Positions 11,168 to 23,659 of a DNA stretch of 64,000 bases are shown piece after piece; position 1 is the stretch's first letter, and each line of letters opens with the position of its first letter. Position numbers and translations under genes: made by a program. Source of the DNA: Rebecca billardiae RCC1528 (Eukaryota; Protista; Haptophyta); the NCBI GenBank assembly GCA_965240325.2, contig OZ251243.1, forward strand, positions 372,001 to 436,000, in the 5' to 3' direction. The notes under the pieces are model-generated. The model was not told where the DNA came from. It ran no database searches and was given only the letters and a program-made list of their open reading frames with translations.

Positions 11168-11637
11168 AGTCCGGTGGCGCCAGGGACCGCGCCGCCACTC
11201 GGCACCGAGTCTCGCCCGTCGTAATAACCAAGCTGAAGCTGCTGCTTTGATTCATCACTCATCAAGATTCAAGGGCAGTAGCCGGCGCAGCCGCCCGAAC
11301 TGCGCTGCGAGAAAACAGCCGCCCAGGACTGTGACGGTGGGCAGCCCGAAGACTGGCAGCTGCAGGCCGTGCCACCTGCCCGCGTACGGCCCGCGTACCC
11401 CGGTGTACGCCTGGCGAGCGTGGAGCAGTCTGAGCGGAAGAGCCCGGCCTGACCCGTGCGTCCGCACGGCGCCGACCGAGGGCCCAGCCGGACGCGAGCC
11501 GCGCACGGGGCCGGAGGCCGCAGCGCCGCCACGCTGCTCGCGCACACGCACGTGCTCCGTCGACTGGACGCTCAGCACAGCTGTGCAGCACACGCACACG
11601 CGCAGCCCCCGCCCCACGCTCCGGCGGGAGCCTGGCG

Positions 11638-12654
11638 CTAGGGGGCGGGCCTGTACGCGACCGCAATGCCGCCCGTGCGCAGGTTCCGATGGTCGTCGAT
11701 GGAGGTGCGGTAGCCGTGCGCGTGCGCCTCCGCCTGCAGGCACTTGAGCACGTGCTTCTGCTTGACCTCGCACTGCACGAAGAGCGGGTGCGCCTGCGCG
11801 AGCACGCGCTGCGCGCCCTGCAGCGCGAGGCACTCCGCGCCCTCGATGTCCAGCTTCATCACGTCCACGCTGTGCACGCCCAGCCTGCGCAGCTCCGCGT
11901 CAACCGACACCACCCGCACCTCGTCACACAGGTACGCACTGCGGTTGAAGTGGTCGGGCGGCGCGCCGCCCGCCGCCGCGAGGCTCGCCTCGCGCGCGCG
12001 GATGTGCGCCGCGCACGTGAGCCCGGGCGCGCAGCGCATCTCGCCGTTGCCCCGGTTCGCGCCGCCCGCGAGCCCGCTCTGCGCGTTCGTCGACGACATG
12101 ACGACGCACGACTCGTTGGCCGCGGCGCCGCCGGCGCTCGGCCGTCCGGTCGCGGCGGGGATCAGGGTGACGCGCGAGCGCAGCTCGGGGTTCATGCACA
12201 GCCCCGCCTCGATCGCCCGCCTGTTCCCGCTGAGCGGCTCGAACGTGATCACGCGGTACCCAAACTTGGCGAACAGAAGCGAGTAATACCCGATGTTGCC
12301 GCCGATGTCGACAAAGACGGCGGGCGGCGGAGGCACGGCCGCGCGCACGCGCGCGTGCTTCGCCATGTCCTGCGGCGAGCGGATCTCGTAGAAGCCCTCG
12401 GTGCGCAGCGACTCGGTGACGAAATCGTGCACGCCGTGCCGCGGCTTGTGGCCCGCCATCGAGAACGTGACGCCGCCCTCGGCGCGCACCGTGACGGGCA
12501 TCAGCTCGTCGTGCGCGCCGATGCACTCGCGCGCGCGGCCGGCCACGACCGGCCCGAAGAGCGCGTCGGCCAATGCCAGCACGAGGAGGAGAGCACGCTG
12601 GCGCGCATCACGCCGGTCCCGCGCGTGCGGTTGCACGCCTGCCATCATCATCAC
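11638..12654 (-). CDS. FkbM-family (Methyltransf_21) SAM methyltransferase with N-terminal signal/anchor
   Basis: VFVDIGGNIGYYSL, VITFEP and VDVMKLDIEGAECLALQG motifs. Hydrophobic RALLLVLALADALFG. Confidence 0.88.
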   Translation of the reverse strand: MMMMAGVQPHARDRRDARQRALLLVLALADALFGPVVAGRARECIGAHDELMPVTVRAEGGVTFSMAGHKPRHGVHDFVTESLRTEGFYEIRSPQDMAKHARVRAAVPPPPAVFVDIGGNIGYYSLLFAKFGYRVITFEPLSGNRRAIEAGLCMNPELRSRVTLIPAATGRPSAGGAAANESCVVMSSTNAQSGLAGGANRGNGEMRCAPGLTCAAHIRAREASLAAAGGAPPDHFNRSAYLCDEVRVVSVDAELRRLGVHSVDVMKLDIEGAECLALQGAQRVLAQAHPLFVQCEVKQKHVLKCLQAEAHAHGYRTSIDDHRNLRTGGIAVAYRPAP

Positions 12655-13326
12655 GCTTCAAGGCAGGTGCGTGCGCGCTGGATTTGATGCCGATTGGGGT
12701 GGCGGAGTCGTCGGCCATCGACGTGTGCGATGCTCTCAGCATCCTCTATGGCGGGTATTCCAAACAATACGGTGTTTCCTTTAGATCGGAAGCTTCGGGA
12801 CGATTTTCAATTTGCCTCCAGCTGATGCATGATGGCGGCGGCCTCCAACACCCGCACGGAAACACGCACCCGCGCCCGCCCGCTGCGGGTGCGCGCGCGA
12901 CGTTTGACGTGCGAGTGGAATGCTGGCGGGAGCACGGCCGTACACGCTGCGATCACGGCGAATCCACGCAGGTGCCACCCTCGAGCGTCACATTCGCACT
13001 GGTCGACACGGCCGTCTGTCGACCGCCGCGGGCGAGGGCGGCCGAAGTGGTCCGCTGAGGCGCCGGCCGCGGCGCGCCTGAGGCGGTGATCGCGCTTGCG
13101 ACATCGCTGCGGCCCGATGACAGCCTATTCGCGCCGGTTCCGACGCGATGATCGATATTTAAAGACGTGCTGAGTAGTGTACAGTCGTAGTGTGGCATCG
13201 GGCAGCATGGCCGCGCTCTGCTAAGCCACTGGCTGCGCTGCCACAACTGTGGACCACCGGCCGGCCGAGGAGCTGCAAGCGGTCCGAGTCGCAGTCCCAT
13301 TATTTGGGCAGACGCGCCGTCGACGC

Positions 13327-14802
13327 TTACTGCTGCGACGCGGCAGACGAGGCTGGTGCTGCGCCGAGAGCCGTCGCGCCGCCCTGCGCGGCGAGCAGCT
13401 CCTGCAGCTCGTCGAAGCCGATCGTCTCGGCCTCGACCAGCTTCTCCGCGAGCTCGTCGAGCAGCGCGCGGTTGGTCGTGAGCGTCTCCTTCACCGTGTC
13501 GTACGCGCGCGAGACGATGGCGGCGACCTCGGCGTCGATGCGCTCCTGCGTCGCCTCGCTCGCCATCTTGGGCGTGTTGAAGCCCGTGCCCTGCGGCCCC
13601 TCCCACGCGGTCGGGCCGAGCGCCTCGGAGGCGAAGCCCCACTGCGTCACCATCCGCCTCGCCACGTCGGCCACGCGCTGCAGGTCGCTCGACGCGCCCG
13701 TCGTCACCTCCGCCGCGCCGTACGCGAGCTCCTCCGCCACGCGCCCGCCGAGCGCGACCGCCAGCTGCGCCTCCAGGTAGCGGCGCGAGTACAGCCCGGA
13801 CTCCTGCTGCTCCTCGGAGGGGACGAAGAGCGTGAAGCCGCCCGCGCCGTTGGTGCGCGGCACGATCGTCACCTTGCCCACCGCGTCGAAGCCCGGCGTG
13901 AGCGCGCCCATGATCGCGTGCCCCGCCTCGTGGTACGCCACCAGCTCCTTCCGCGCGCGCGAGCTCATCCCCGTCGACTTCTCCAGCCCGACCGTCAGCC
14001 GGTCGAGCGCGTACTCGATCTCGCTCATCGAGATCTCCTCCTTGTCGCGCCGCGCGGTCACGATCGCCGCCTCGTTGAGCAGGTTCGAGAGCGACGCGCC
14101 GGAGAAGCCGGTGGTGCGCGCGGCGACGGCGTCGAGCGAGACGTCGGGCGAGAGCGGCTTGTCGGCCGCGTGCACGCCCAGGATCGCCGCGCGCCCCGCG
14201 CGGTCGGGCAGGTCGACGGGCACGCGCCGGTCGAAGCGGCCGGGGCGGAGCAGCGCGGCGTCGAGCACGTCCGCGCGGTTCGTCGCGGCGATCACCACCA
14301 CGCCCGTGTCCTTCTCGAAGCCGTCCATCTCGGTGAGGATCTGGTTGAGCGTCTGCTCGCGCTCGTCGTTCCCGCCGCCGCCCGCCGCCGCGCCGCTCGC
14401 GCGCGCCTTGCCGATCGCGTCGATCTCGTCGATGAACACGATGCACGGGCCGTTCGCCTTGGCCTTGGCAAAGAGGTCGCGGATGCGCGACGCGCCGACG
14501 CCGACGAACATCTCGACGAACTCGGAGCCCGAGGCGGAGAGGAACGGCACGCCCGCCTCGCCCGCCACCGCGCGCGCGAGCAGCGTCTTGCCCGTGCCCG
14601 GCGGACCCTCCATGATCACGCCGCGCGGCGCGCGCGCGCCCACCTTTGCAAACTTGGCGGGCGTCGAGAGGAACTCCACCACCTCGCGCAGCTCGAGCTT
14701 CGCGCCGTCGCAGCCGGCGACGTCGGCGAAGGTGACGCCCGTGTTCGGCTCGAGCTGCAGCTCCGAGCGCGACTTGCCGATCTGGCTCAGCATGCCCAGC
14801 GG

Positions 14803-14833
<31 letters not shown>

Positions 14834-15393
14834 ATGCGCGGGCCGAGCAGGCTGGAGAGCAGCACGAGCGGGAACACGAGGTTCAAAGCGCCGCCGATCA
14901 GCTGGAGCGGGCCCGTGCCGCTCGGCTTGGGCGCGACGGTGAAGGGCACGTCCTTCGCGGCCAGCGCGTCCACGAGCGTGTTCTGCGCCGACGGGAAGAT
15001 CGTCGCGCGCTGCGTCTCGCCGTTGGCAGTGCGCACGTACACGGTGCGATCGTCTTCGCCAAACAGCGCGTCCGTCACGGCGCCGTCCTTGATCTCGCGC
15101 TGCAGGGCGGAGTACGGGATCGGCGTGGCCTGGGGCGCCTTGGGAGCGAGGGGGTTGCCGAAGAGCAGCGTGGCTGCGACGCCGAGCGTCGCCACAGGGG
15201 CGGCGGCGCGCACGACCTTGGCGAGGCCGTTGTCGTCCTTGTCGCCGCCCTCCTTCATGCGCGTCGAGGCGAGGCGGCTGGTCGAGGCGCGCGCGGCGGC
15301 GCGCGGCACGACTGGGCGAGCGGCGTGGTGGGTGTACCCGGCGCCGCCCGTCACGAGCGCGAGGAGCGTCGCGGTGGTGAGCATGAGGTTCAT
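13327..15393 (-). CDS. ftsH: Plastid-targeted FtsH ATP-dependent zinc metalloprotease (FtsH1/5, type-A-like)
   Basis: Walker A GPPGTGKT, Walker [54 protein letters not shown]. Signal plus transit peptide from [14 protein letters not shown] (15393); two TM helices. Confidence 0.95.
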
Positions 15394-16246
15394 CGTGCCG
15401 TAGTGCGCGGTGGACGTCGGTCTTGGGCCGGCAGGTCGGTGAAGCTTCGGGGCGTTTGCCTCTTGGCCGGTCGGGAGTTGCCGAATAATCGATGCTTCCG
15501 GAAACGCAAGTCGCCAAACGGTCGCTCGCCTCGGCGGCGGCACCCGTCCGGAACCCCCGGCTGTGCCTGGAAGTGACACGATGGCGGCCTCGCACTGCTG
15601 CGATCACCCTCGAGCCACATTCGCGCCGGTCGACTGCTTGATGCATCAAGCAGTGCCCGGTGCTTCGGACGGACTCCCGGGCCCCGGCGGCCGCGCCTGA
15701 TGATGTTGATCAGGTCCGAACGAGCCGGATGTGCACGTCTCGCCCGGGGCAGCGGAGACTGGCATGAGCACTCCACGGTGATCGGCCCTAACGATAGGCT
15801 TCCGGTGCCCGAGCCCGCCCGGAAGGGCCGGGCGGACGGCCCGCCCTTGGCTAGGTTAGTGACTCTGTGCAGTGTGCGGCCCGAGCCTTCGGTGGCCGCC
15901 CGCCGTGGCGGCGAGTTCACGGAGTTGGGCCGCGTTCCGCCGTTGTGCGTAACCGGTAGGGCGCAGGACTGAACTCGTGATAACGCGGGTAATAAGTGCG
16001 TCGATCCGCACTATGGGACAGTTGCTGCTGATGACAGTTTATAGTTTAAGCAGCAGACATCATATCGTCACGACCGGACGCAAACAACTGGGCCAGGTCG
16101 GGCACGGACGCGCGATCATCAGCATCGATATCAGCATCATCATGTAATGATGTATCGCGCCACTGCGTCTGCGGCGCCGGACCGCGCGGCCGCACAGGCC
16201 GTCGGCGTCATCGTCATGCTGATGTCATGGTCGACGCAGTTCACAT

Positions 16247-18231
16247 TCAGAGGCCAGCACGCCGCTGCCCTGGCAGGTTGCGCCCGCGCGGCGCCGACGC
16301 GCCGCCGCTCGCCGGCAGGTAGCTGTACGGCTGGCGCGGCGCCGTGTCAGCCCCGCCCTGCTTCCACGCGCTCGAGGCGGGCGTGGTCGCCGCCAGCGCT
16401 GGGTCGATCGCGGCGCGCGGGCGCGTGCCCGCGCGGCGCGCCGGCGCGCGGCCGGCGGCGCCGCCGGGCAGTGCGTCATGGCGGTGGGCCCACGTGCGCA
16501 GCGCCGGAGGCAGCTCGGCCGCGCCGCGGTGGTACGCGCCGCCTTCCGCCGCCTGCCAGTCAGGCAGCCTGTCGCCGCCGCCGCCGTGCGCGCCGCCGCC
16601 GCCGTGCGCGCCGCCGCCGCCGTGCGCGCCGCCGCCGCCGTGCGCGCCGCCGGCGCCGCCGCCGGCGCGCGGCCCCGGCCGCGCCGGCATGCGGCGCGGC
16701 AGCGCGGCGCGCGCATACGCGTCGTCGTCGTCCTCCGCTGCGCCCGGCGGCACGCTGAGCCTCGGCAGGACGAGGTCGTGGCGCTGTCCCCACGTCTGAA
16801 GCGCGGGCGGCACATCAACAAGGCACACGGAGCGCTGCGCGTCGCCCCCGTACTCCGCGCCGTACCCGCCGCCGCCGCGCGCGCCACCGCCCGGCGCGAG
16901 CCGCGCCGCAGCCTCGTGCGCGCGCGCCGCGGCGTGCACTGTGCTTGAGATCCGGCGCGCGGCAGACTCCGCGTCCCACGCGAGGCGCCAGCGCCGGCGC
17001 GCGATCGCGGCGAGGCTGAGCCGGCGGTGCTGCGGGATGGCCGCCGCCGCGCACGAGTGCAGACCCGCCAGCCAGCAGAGCGCCTCTTCGGAAGAGTCGC
17101 ACACACAGCGGATCCACGAGGGCGGCGGCGGCGGCTCGGAGCGGCCACCGCCGTAGTCAGCATGGCCGCCGCCGCGGGCAGCATGGCCGCCGCCGCGGGC
17201 AGCATGGCCGCCGCCGCTTGCGCTTCGCGGCGCCTGGAGGAAGAGCTCGAAGCAGCGGAGCGGCGAGTGCGGCAGCGTGCCGCCCGCCGACGGCCACCCG
17301 ACCGCGACCGCGCGCACCGCGCGCAGCGGCAGCGACACGCCGTCGAGCACGATGGCGTCTTCAGTCGAGCTCAGGAACGCCCATGCGCGCAGCGCGCGGC
17401 CAGAGCGAAGAGCGGGCGCGGCGCGCGCCGCGTGCAGCATCGCGCGCGGCGAGCTGGGCGAGAGCGCGGTGGGCGAGCGCGCGGTCTCGAAGGGCTCGAA
17501 GCGCGGCGCCGAGCCGCCCGGCGGGCTGCGCAGCTCCGCCGCCGCCGCCGCCGCGTCGTCGATGGCCGCGAGCGCGCGCCACACCGAGGCCGCCAGTGGC
17601 CCGCCGGCCGCGCCGCCGTCGAGCGCCGCCCCCGTGACGGTGAGCCATCCGCCGTGCTGCAGCGCGGCGCGCATGCGCGCGAGCGCGCTCGTGCGCGGCG
17701 AGGCGGGCGGCGGGCCGTCGCCCCCGCGGCCCGAGGGCACGAAGAGCCGGCGGTTCGCCTCCGCCTCCGCCTCGGCCTCGCGCGCGGGCGCGGGCGGTGT
17801 CGGGCGCGGCTGCGGCGGCGCCCGCGGGCGGCGCGGCGGCGGCGCCTCAGCCGGTGCTGGCTGCACTGTGATGGCTGGGATGGGCGCGGCGGGGGGCGGC
17901 GAGGGCGGCTCGCGGTGGCGCGGCCTGGGCGGCGGCGGCGAGCGCGGCGGCGGCGGCGGCGCCGCGCTCGGCCTCGGCTCCGTCGGCTTGGGCGGCGGCG
18001 AGGCCGCCGGCGGCGTCGGCTTGCGCGCCGCCGCCGCCGCCGCCGCCGCCGGCCGCGGCGGCGGCGGCGCGCTTGTCAGCCAAGCCAGGGCCATCGCCGC
18101 CGCCACCGACGCGGCCGAGCCTGCGCCCCACAGCGCGAACGCGAGGGCCTCGGCGGCGGCGCCGGGCGGCGCGCCGCCAGCCGCCGCGCCCGCGAGCAGC
18201 GAGCGCCGCGCCCCGCTCGGCGCGCCGCCGC

Positions 18232-18269
<38 letters not shown>

Positions 18270-19339
18270 GCGCGCGGCAGCAGCGGCGCCAAGCTAGGCG
18301 CGCCGCCGCCGAGCGCGCGCGCGCTGAGGAGGAGAGCGGGGCCGAGCGCGGCGAGGGCGAGGAGCGCGAGCACGCGCCAGTCGGCGCCCGGCGCGCGCGC
18401 GCGCCACGCGCCGCGCGCCACGCACGCGCACGCGCCGAGCGCGGCGGCGGTGCGCAGCGCGGCGCCGAGCACCGCCGCGGCTGTCCCCACGTCCGCGCCG
18501 CCGCCGCCCGAGCGGCCGAGCGCGGCGGCGCACGCGCCGTGCTCGCCGCACGCGGCCGTGCCGAAGCCGTCGGCGAGGGCGGCGAGCGCGAGCAGCGCGA
18601 GCGCCGGCGCCGCCACATCCAGCCGCCGCCGCCGCACCGCCTCGCCGAGGCCCGCGCCGCCGCCTCCGTCGCCGCCTCCGCCGCCGTCGGCGGCCGCGTC
18701 GGCGCCGCCGCCGTCCGCGCCGCCGTCCGCGTCGGCGCCGCCGCCCTTGCGCCCAAAGCGCGCAGCCAATTGACCCTTCGGCGTGGGGACGGGCGAGAAG
18801 GGCACGGCGACGCTCAGCGCGGCGGCGGCCGCCGAGCCCGGCGCCCCCGTGCCGCCCGGCCGCAGCAGCACGCCCGGGTACGCCGGCTCGTGCGTCCGAG
18901 ACCAGGCGATGCCGAGCGCGGCGGCGAGCGCGCACGCGCACGCGCACGCCGCCCAGTCCGCAGCGCCAAGCGCGCCGAGCGCCGCCGCGCCGCCTGAGCA
19001 CATGGCGGCGAGGCCGAGCGCGTGCGCGAGGCCGATGCCGAGCAGCGCGCACGCCGCCCACGCCGGCTCCGCGAGCGCGCCCGTCTCCGCCTCCGCCGCG
19101 CCGCGCCGCGCGCGCCGCGCCGCGCCGCGCCACGCCAGCACAGCCGCGCCGGCAGCGCACGCCGCGGCCGCGAGCGCGGCGCGCGCCGCCGCCTCGGCAA
19201 CAAGTGGCGCCGCGCGCGCGCGTGCGTGGTGCAGCGAGGCGGAGGCGACGTGCTCGAGCGCGCCGCGCGCGCCGCCGCCCGCGAGCTCGCCCGCCGCCGC
19301 CGCCGCCGCGGACAGCAGCACGTCGACCCCCAGCCCGAG

Positions 19340-19372
<33 letters not shown>

Positions 19373-22300
19373 CTCCGCGCCCGCCGCTGTGCTTGCCGCC
19401 TCGGCGGTGCAGCGCGCGAGTGCCGCGCGCGCGCCGCGCAGCTCGACGAGCGGGAGCGCGAGCACGGCGCCGGAGGCGGCGCGCCGCGCGCACGGCGGCG
19501 GGAGGGTCGCGGGCAGCTCCACCTCCCCCCGCCGATCCCAGCCTCCCTCCACGCCGCCACCGCCGCCCGCCGCCGCCGCGGCCGCGGCCTCAACCGCCGC
19601 CGCCACGTCAGCCGCGCGCGCGTGCGCGCCCGAGACTGCCGCGCCGCCGCCCGGCACGCGGGCCTCCCAGCTCGGGAGCAGCAGCGGCGGCGGGCGCGGC
19701 GGCGTGCACCCTTCGCCGTACAGCTCGAAGCCGCCGCCCCCGCCCTCGCCCAGCGACCACGACCAGCCTGCGCCACCGCCCGCCGCGCCCGCCATGGCCT
19801 CCGCGTCCGCGTCCGCGCCCGCGTCCGCGCCCGCGCCCGCGTCCGCGTCCGCGTCCGCGCCCGCGTCCGCGTCGTGCGCGTGCGCGGCGCGCGCCCACCA
19901 GCGGCGGAGCAGCGGCGGCGCCACACCACCACCACCCTCGCCGCCCACCGGACTCGCGTCCGGACCGGCCGCGCCGACGAGCCACGCGCCGGCCGCGCCA
20001 ATCAAGCCGCCGCCGCCGCCGCGCCGCGCGCCGCCCGCTGTATGCACCCAGGGCCCCGCGGCCGCGCCGGCGCGCGCGCGCCAGCCGCCCGCGGCGCCGA
20101 GCGCGCGCGCGCGCGCGCGCGCGTCGGCCGCGCAGGCTTGCTCATCCTCCCCCGCGCCGCCGCCGCCGGCCGCGGCGGCCGCATCGTCAGGCGCCGCGCG
20201 CACTGCGAGTGCCAGCCGCGCGGCCGGCGGCCCCGGCAGCCATCCCTGGGCGTCCGCGTCCGCGCGCGCGGCGGAGAGCGCCGCCTCCGCCGCCTCCGCC
20301 GCGGGCGCGGGGACGGCGAGCGGCGACGACGCGGCGGCGGACGCCGCCGCGCCCGTGCCGCCCGCGCCGCGCGCCGCCCACCCGTCGTCCGCCCCGGCGG
20401 CGGCGGCGCGCGCGCGCACGTGCACGCTCAGCGCGACGCGTGCCGACGCCGCCAGCGGCCACGGCAAGCTCGGCTCGGGCTCGGGCGGCGCGTCGCCCTG
20501 CGGCTCCGGCGCGCGGCCCGCCGCCTCGGCCGCGTCGGTGCCGTTCGCGCCGGCGCCGGCGCCGTCGGCGCTCAGCGCGAGCGCGCGGCCCGCGCCGCTT
20601 GCGCCGCTCGCACCGAGCGCTCCAAGCGCGCGGCCCGCGCCGCGCGCGCCGCTCGCGCCGAGGTCCGCGCGCAGCTCAAGTGCCGAGCCCGCGGGCGTGG
20701 GCGCGAGGTCGAGGCGCGTGCGCACCGCGATCCCGCGCGGCGCCACGGCGAGCGCGCACAGCGTGCCCACCGCCGCGCTCGCCGCGAGGCACGCGAGCAG
20801 CGCGCACGCGAGCGAGCGCGCCGACAGCGAGCGCGCGCGCACGGCCGACAGTGCGGGCGGCGGCGGCGGCGACGGCGGCGGCGCGGAGGCGGCGCGCGGC
20901 TTGGTAGGGTGGGCGTGCGCGCGCGCGGGCGGCGCGAGCACGAGCGTGTACACCGCGCCGCGCTTCACCGCGCCCGCCGTGCCCAGCGCCAAGCCCACCA
21001 CCGCATCCGTGACGGCCGCCGCCCGCGCGTCCGCGCCGCCGCCGCCATCCGCGCCGCGCGCGCCGCCGCCCGCGCCGCCGCCGGCGGCGCCGCCGGCCGC
21101 CGCCGCCGCGAGCGCGGCGCGCAGCGCGGCGGCGGGCTGAGTCTCGGGCGCGGCGCGCGCGGCGCGCACGGCGCGCGCGAGCGCCCACGCGCCGCGCGCC
21201 GCGCCGCCGCTCGCCTCCGCCACGTCCGCCCACACGCGCCACGCGCCGCGCGCGGCGGCGCGCGCGGCGCCGAGCGCGGCGCGCGCCGCGCGCGCGTGCG
21301 CGGCCGCGTCGGCGGCGAGCTGCGCCCAAGCCTGGGCGCAGAGCGCGAGGGCGAGCGCGCTGACGAGCAGCCCGCCGCCGCCGCCGTCGTACGCGCCGGG
21401 CCCCGCCTCCCCCGCGCCGAGCGCGAGCGCGCCGAGCGCGGCCGCGCAGCCGAAAGCCATTGTCAGCAGCAGCGCGCGCGCGCGCAGCGCCAGGCGGCCG
21501 CCAGCGGTGGAGTGCGCGGCAGCGCGCGCGGCCACGGCCACCTCGGCGGCGCAGGCGAGGGCGGCGAGCGCGGCGGCGAGGAGCGGCGCGAGGCGCAGGC
21601 CCGCGCGCGCGCCCTCCACGCTCACGCCCACCGCGACGCACACCACCGCACCGCGCGCGTGCGCCGCGGCGCGCGCGCGCACAGCGGGCGCGCCGTGCGC
21701 CGCCGCGCCCGCGTCTGGCAGGGCGCAATTGGCGCGCGCGAGCGCGGCGCGCGCGCGCGCGGCCGCGCCGTCGAGGTCGAAGTCGTCGTCGTCATCGGCG
21801 GCGGCGTCGTCGGCGGCGTCAGCGGCGTCGGTCGGCGCCGCGCGGCCGAGCGCGCGCCGCGTGCGCCGCACGCCGCCGTCCGACGCCGGCGCCTCGGGCG
21901 GCGCGCGCCACGCGCCGAGCGCGGCGCCGAGCGCGGCCGCGCGCGCCGCGGCGCGCGCGCGCCACGCCGCGCCCGCGCCCGGCGGCGGCGGCGGCGGCAG
22001 CGGCTCCCAGGCGAGCAGCGAGACGGTGCGCCACAGCAGCGCGAGCTCCGCCGCGGGCCAGAGCGCGCACGCGAGCGCGCCGACCACTATCATCGCCACG
22101 TGCGCACCACTCGGCCCCGCGCCGTCGCCGCCGTCGGCGTCGGCGTCGGCGTCCGCGTCTGCGCGATCGGCGGCGGCGGCGCCGCCGCCCGCGCCGCCAC
22201 ACGCGAGGGCGGCGCCTGCGGTGCGCATGGCAACAGCCGGGAGGCCGAGGGCGAGGGCGAGGAGGAGCAGGCGCAGCGTCACGTGCCCCACGCGCGTGTG

Positions 22301-23628
22301 CGCGCGCGGCGCCGCACCCGGCCCGCCGACCAGCGCGAAAACCGCCGCCGCCGCCACCGCGCCTGCGCCCAGCGCCGCGCCCGCCGCCCACGCCACCGCC
22401 GCCAGCGAGCGCGCGAGCGGCGCGGCGGCGCGCGCGCACGCGCCGCCGCCCGCGGCGGCGTCGTCGTCGGCGCGTTCGCGCAGCGCGCGCCGCGCGCCGC
22501 GCCCTGCCGCCGCCCCCGACGCCTCCCGCTCCCACGCGCGCTGCGCCGCCCACGCCTCCGCCGCCGCGGCCGCATCCGAGCCGGCGCCGCCGCCGTCCGC
22601 GCCGCCGCCGCCGCCACCGCCGCCCAGCACACTCCAGCGCACGGGCCATCCGAGCGCGCGCGCCGCGCCGTGCGTGTGCGTGGGCTCGCCGCCGAGCCGG
22701 CCTCCGAGCGCGGCGAGCTGCGCGGCGGAGAGCAGAACGCCCACGCCCACGCCCGGCTGCCCGGACGTAACCGACGACGTAACCGACGTGAGCAGGCTCA
22801 AGGCCCCACCAAGGGCGAGAGCCGCGCTTGTGACAACGCCGAGCGCGCGCGCCGCGCCACGGCCGAGCTCGGCGGCGGCGAGCGCGCGCGGCGCGATGCG
22901 CACGCGCGCGTGCAGCGTGGCGCGCGCGGTGGCGGGCGCGGCGTACAGGCCGCACATGCCGCCGTCACTCAGCGTGAGCTCGAGCGCGCCGAGCCCGCCC
23001 TCGCCGCCCGCCCTCGCCGCGCGCAGCAGCACCACTCCAAGGGCCGTCGCCACCGCGTCCGCTCGGCCGGCGAGACGCAGCGCTGCCGCGGGGCCAAGGG
23101 GGCGTCCGTCGTACCGGCCGCCGGGCGCGTCGAGCGGCACCCAGCCGTCGTCGGGCGCGGGGCGCGCGGGCGCGAGCAGCGTGCCGTTCGCGCCACCCGC
23201 GCCCTCGCCGCCGCCGCCCTCGCCGCCGCCGCCGCCCGCCGCCGCGGCCGCGCGCACGCTCGCGCGCAGCGCGCGCGCCGCGCGCCGCGGCAGCCGGAAT
23301 GCAAATTGCTCCGAGCTCAGCGTCACGACGAGCGGTTGGGCGTCGGGCGGCGCGGCGGCCCAGTCGCGGCCTGCGGCGAGGTGCGCGTGCGTGAGCGTCG
23401 GTCGCGGGTCTGACCCCTCCGCCGCCGCCTCCGCCGCCTCGCCGCGCGCGCCGCCCGCGTGCGCGCGCGCCCACTCTGCAAGGAGCGCGCCGCACGCGCG
23501 GCCGTGCGCGCCGCCGATAGTCAGAGGCGAAAGTCGAGTCCAGCTCGCGCCACCCACGACGTGCGCTGGCGACCAGCCGTCGTCGTCGGCATCGTCGGCG
23601 TCGTCGTCGGCTCCGCCGCCGTCGTCCG

Positions 23629-23659
<31 letters not shown>

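Noticed and set aside
15394-15579. Upstream extension of the FtsH ORF
   Set aside because: Non-ATG start; the signal peptide begins at ATG 15393.
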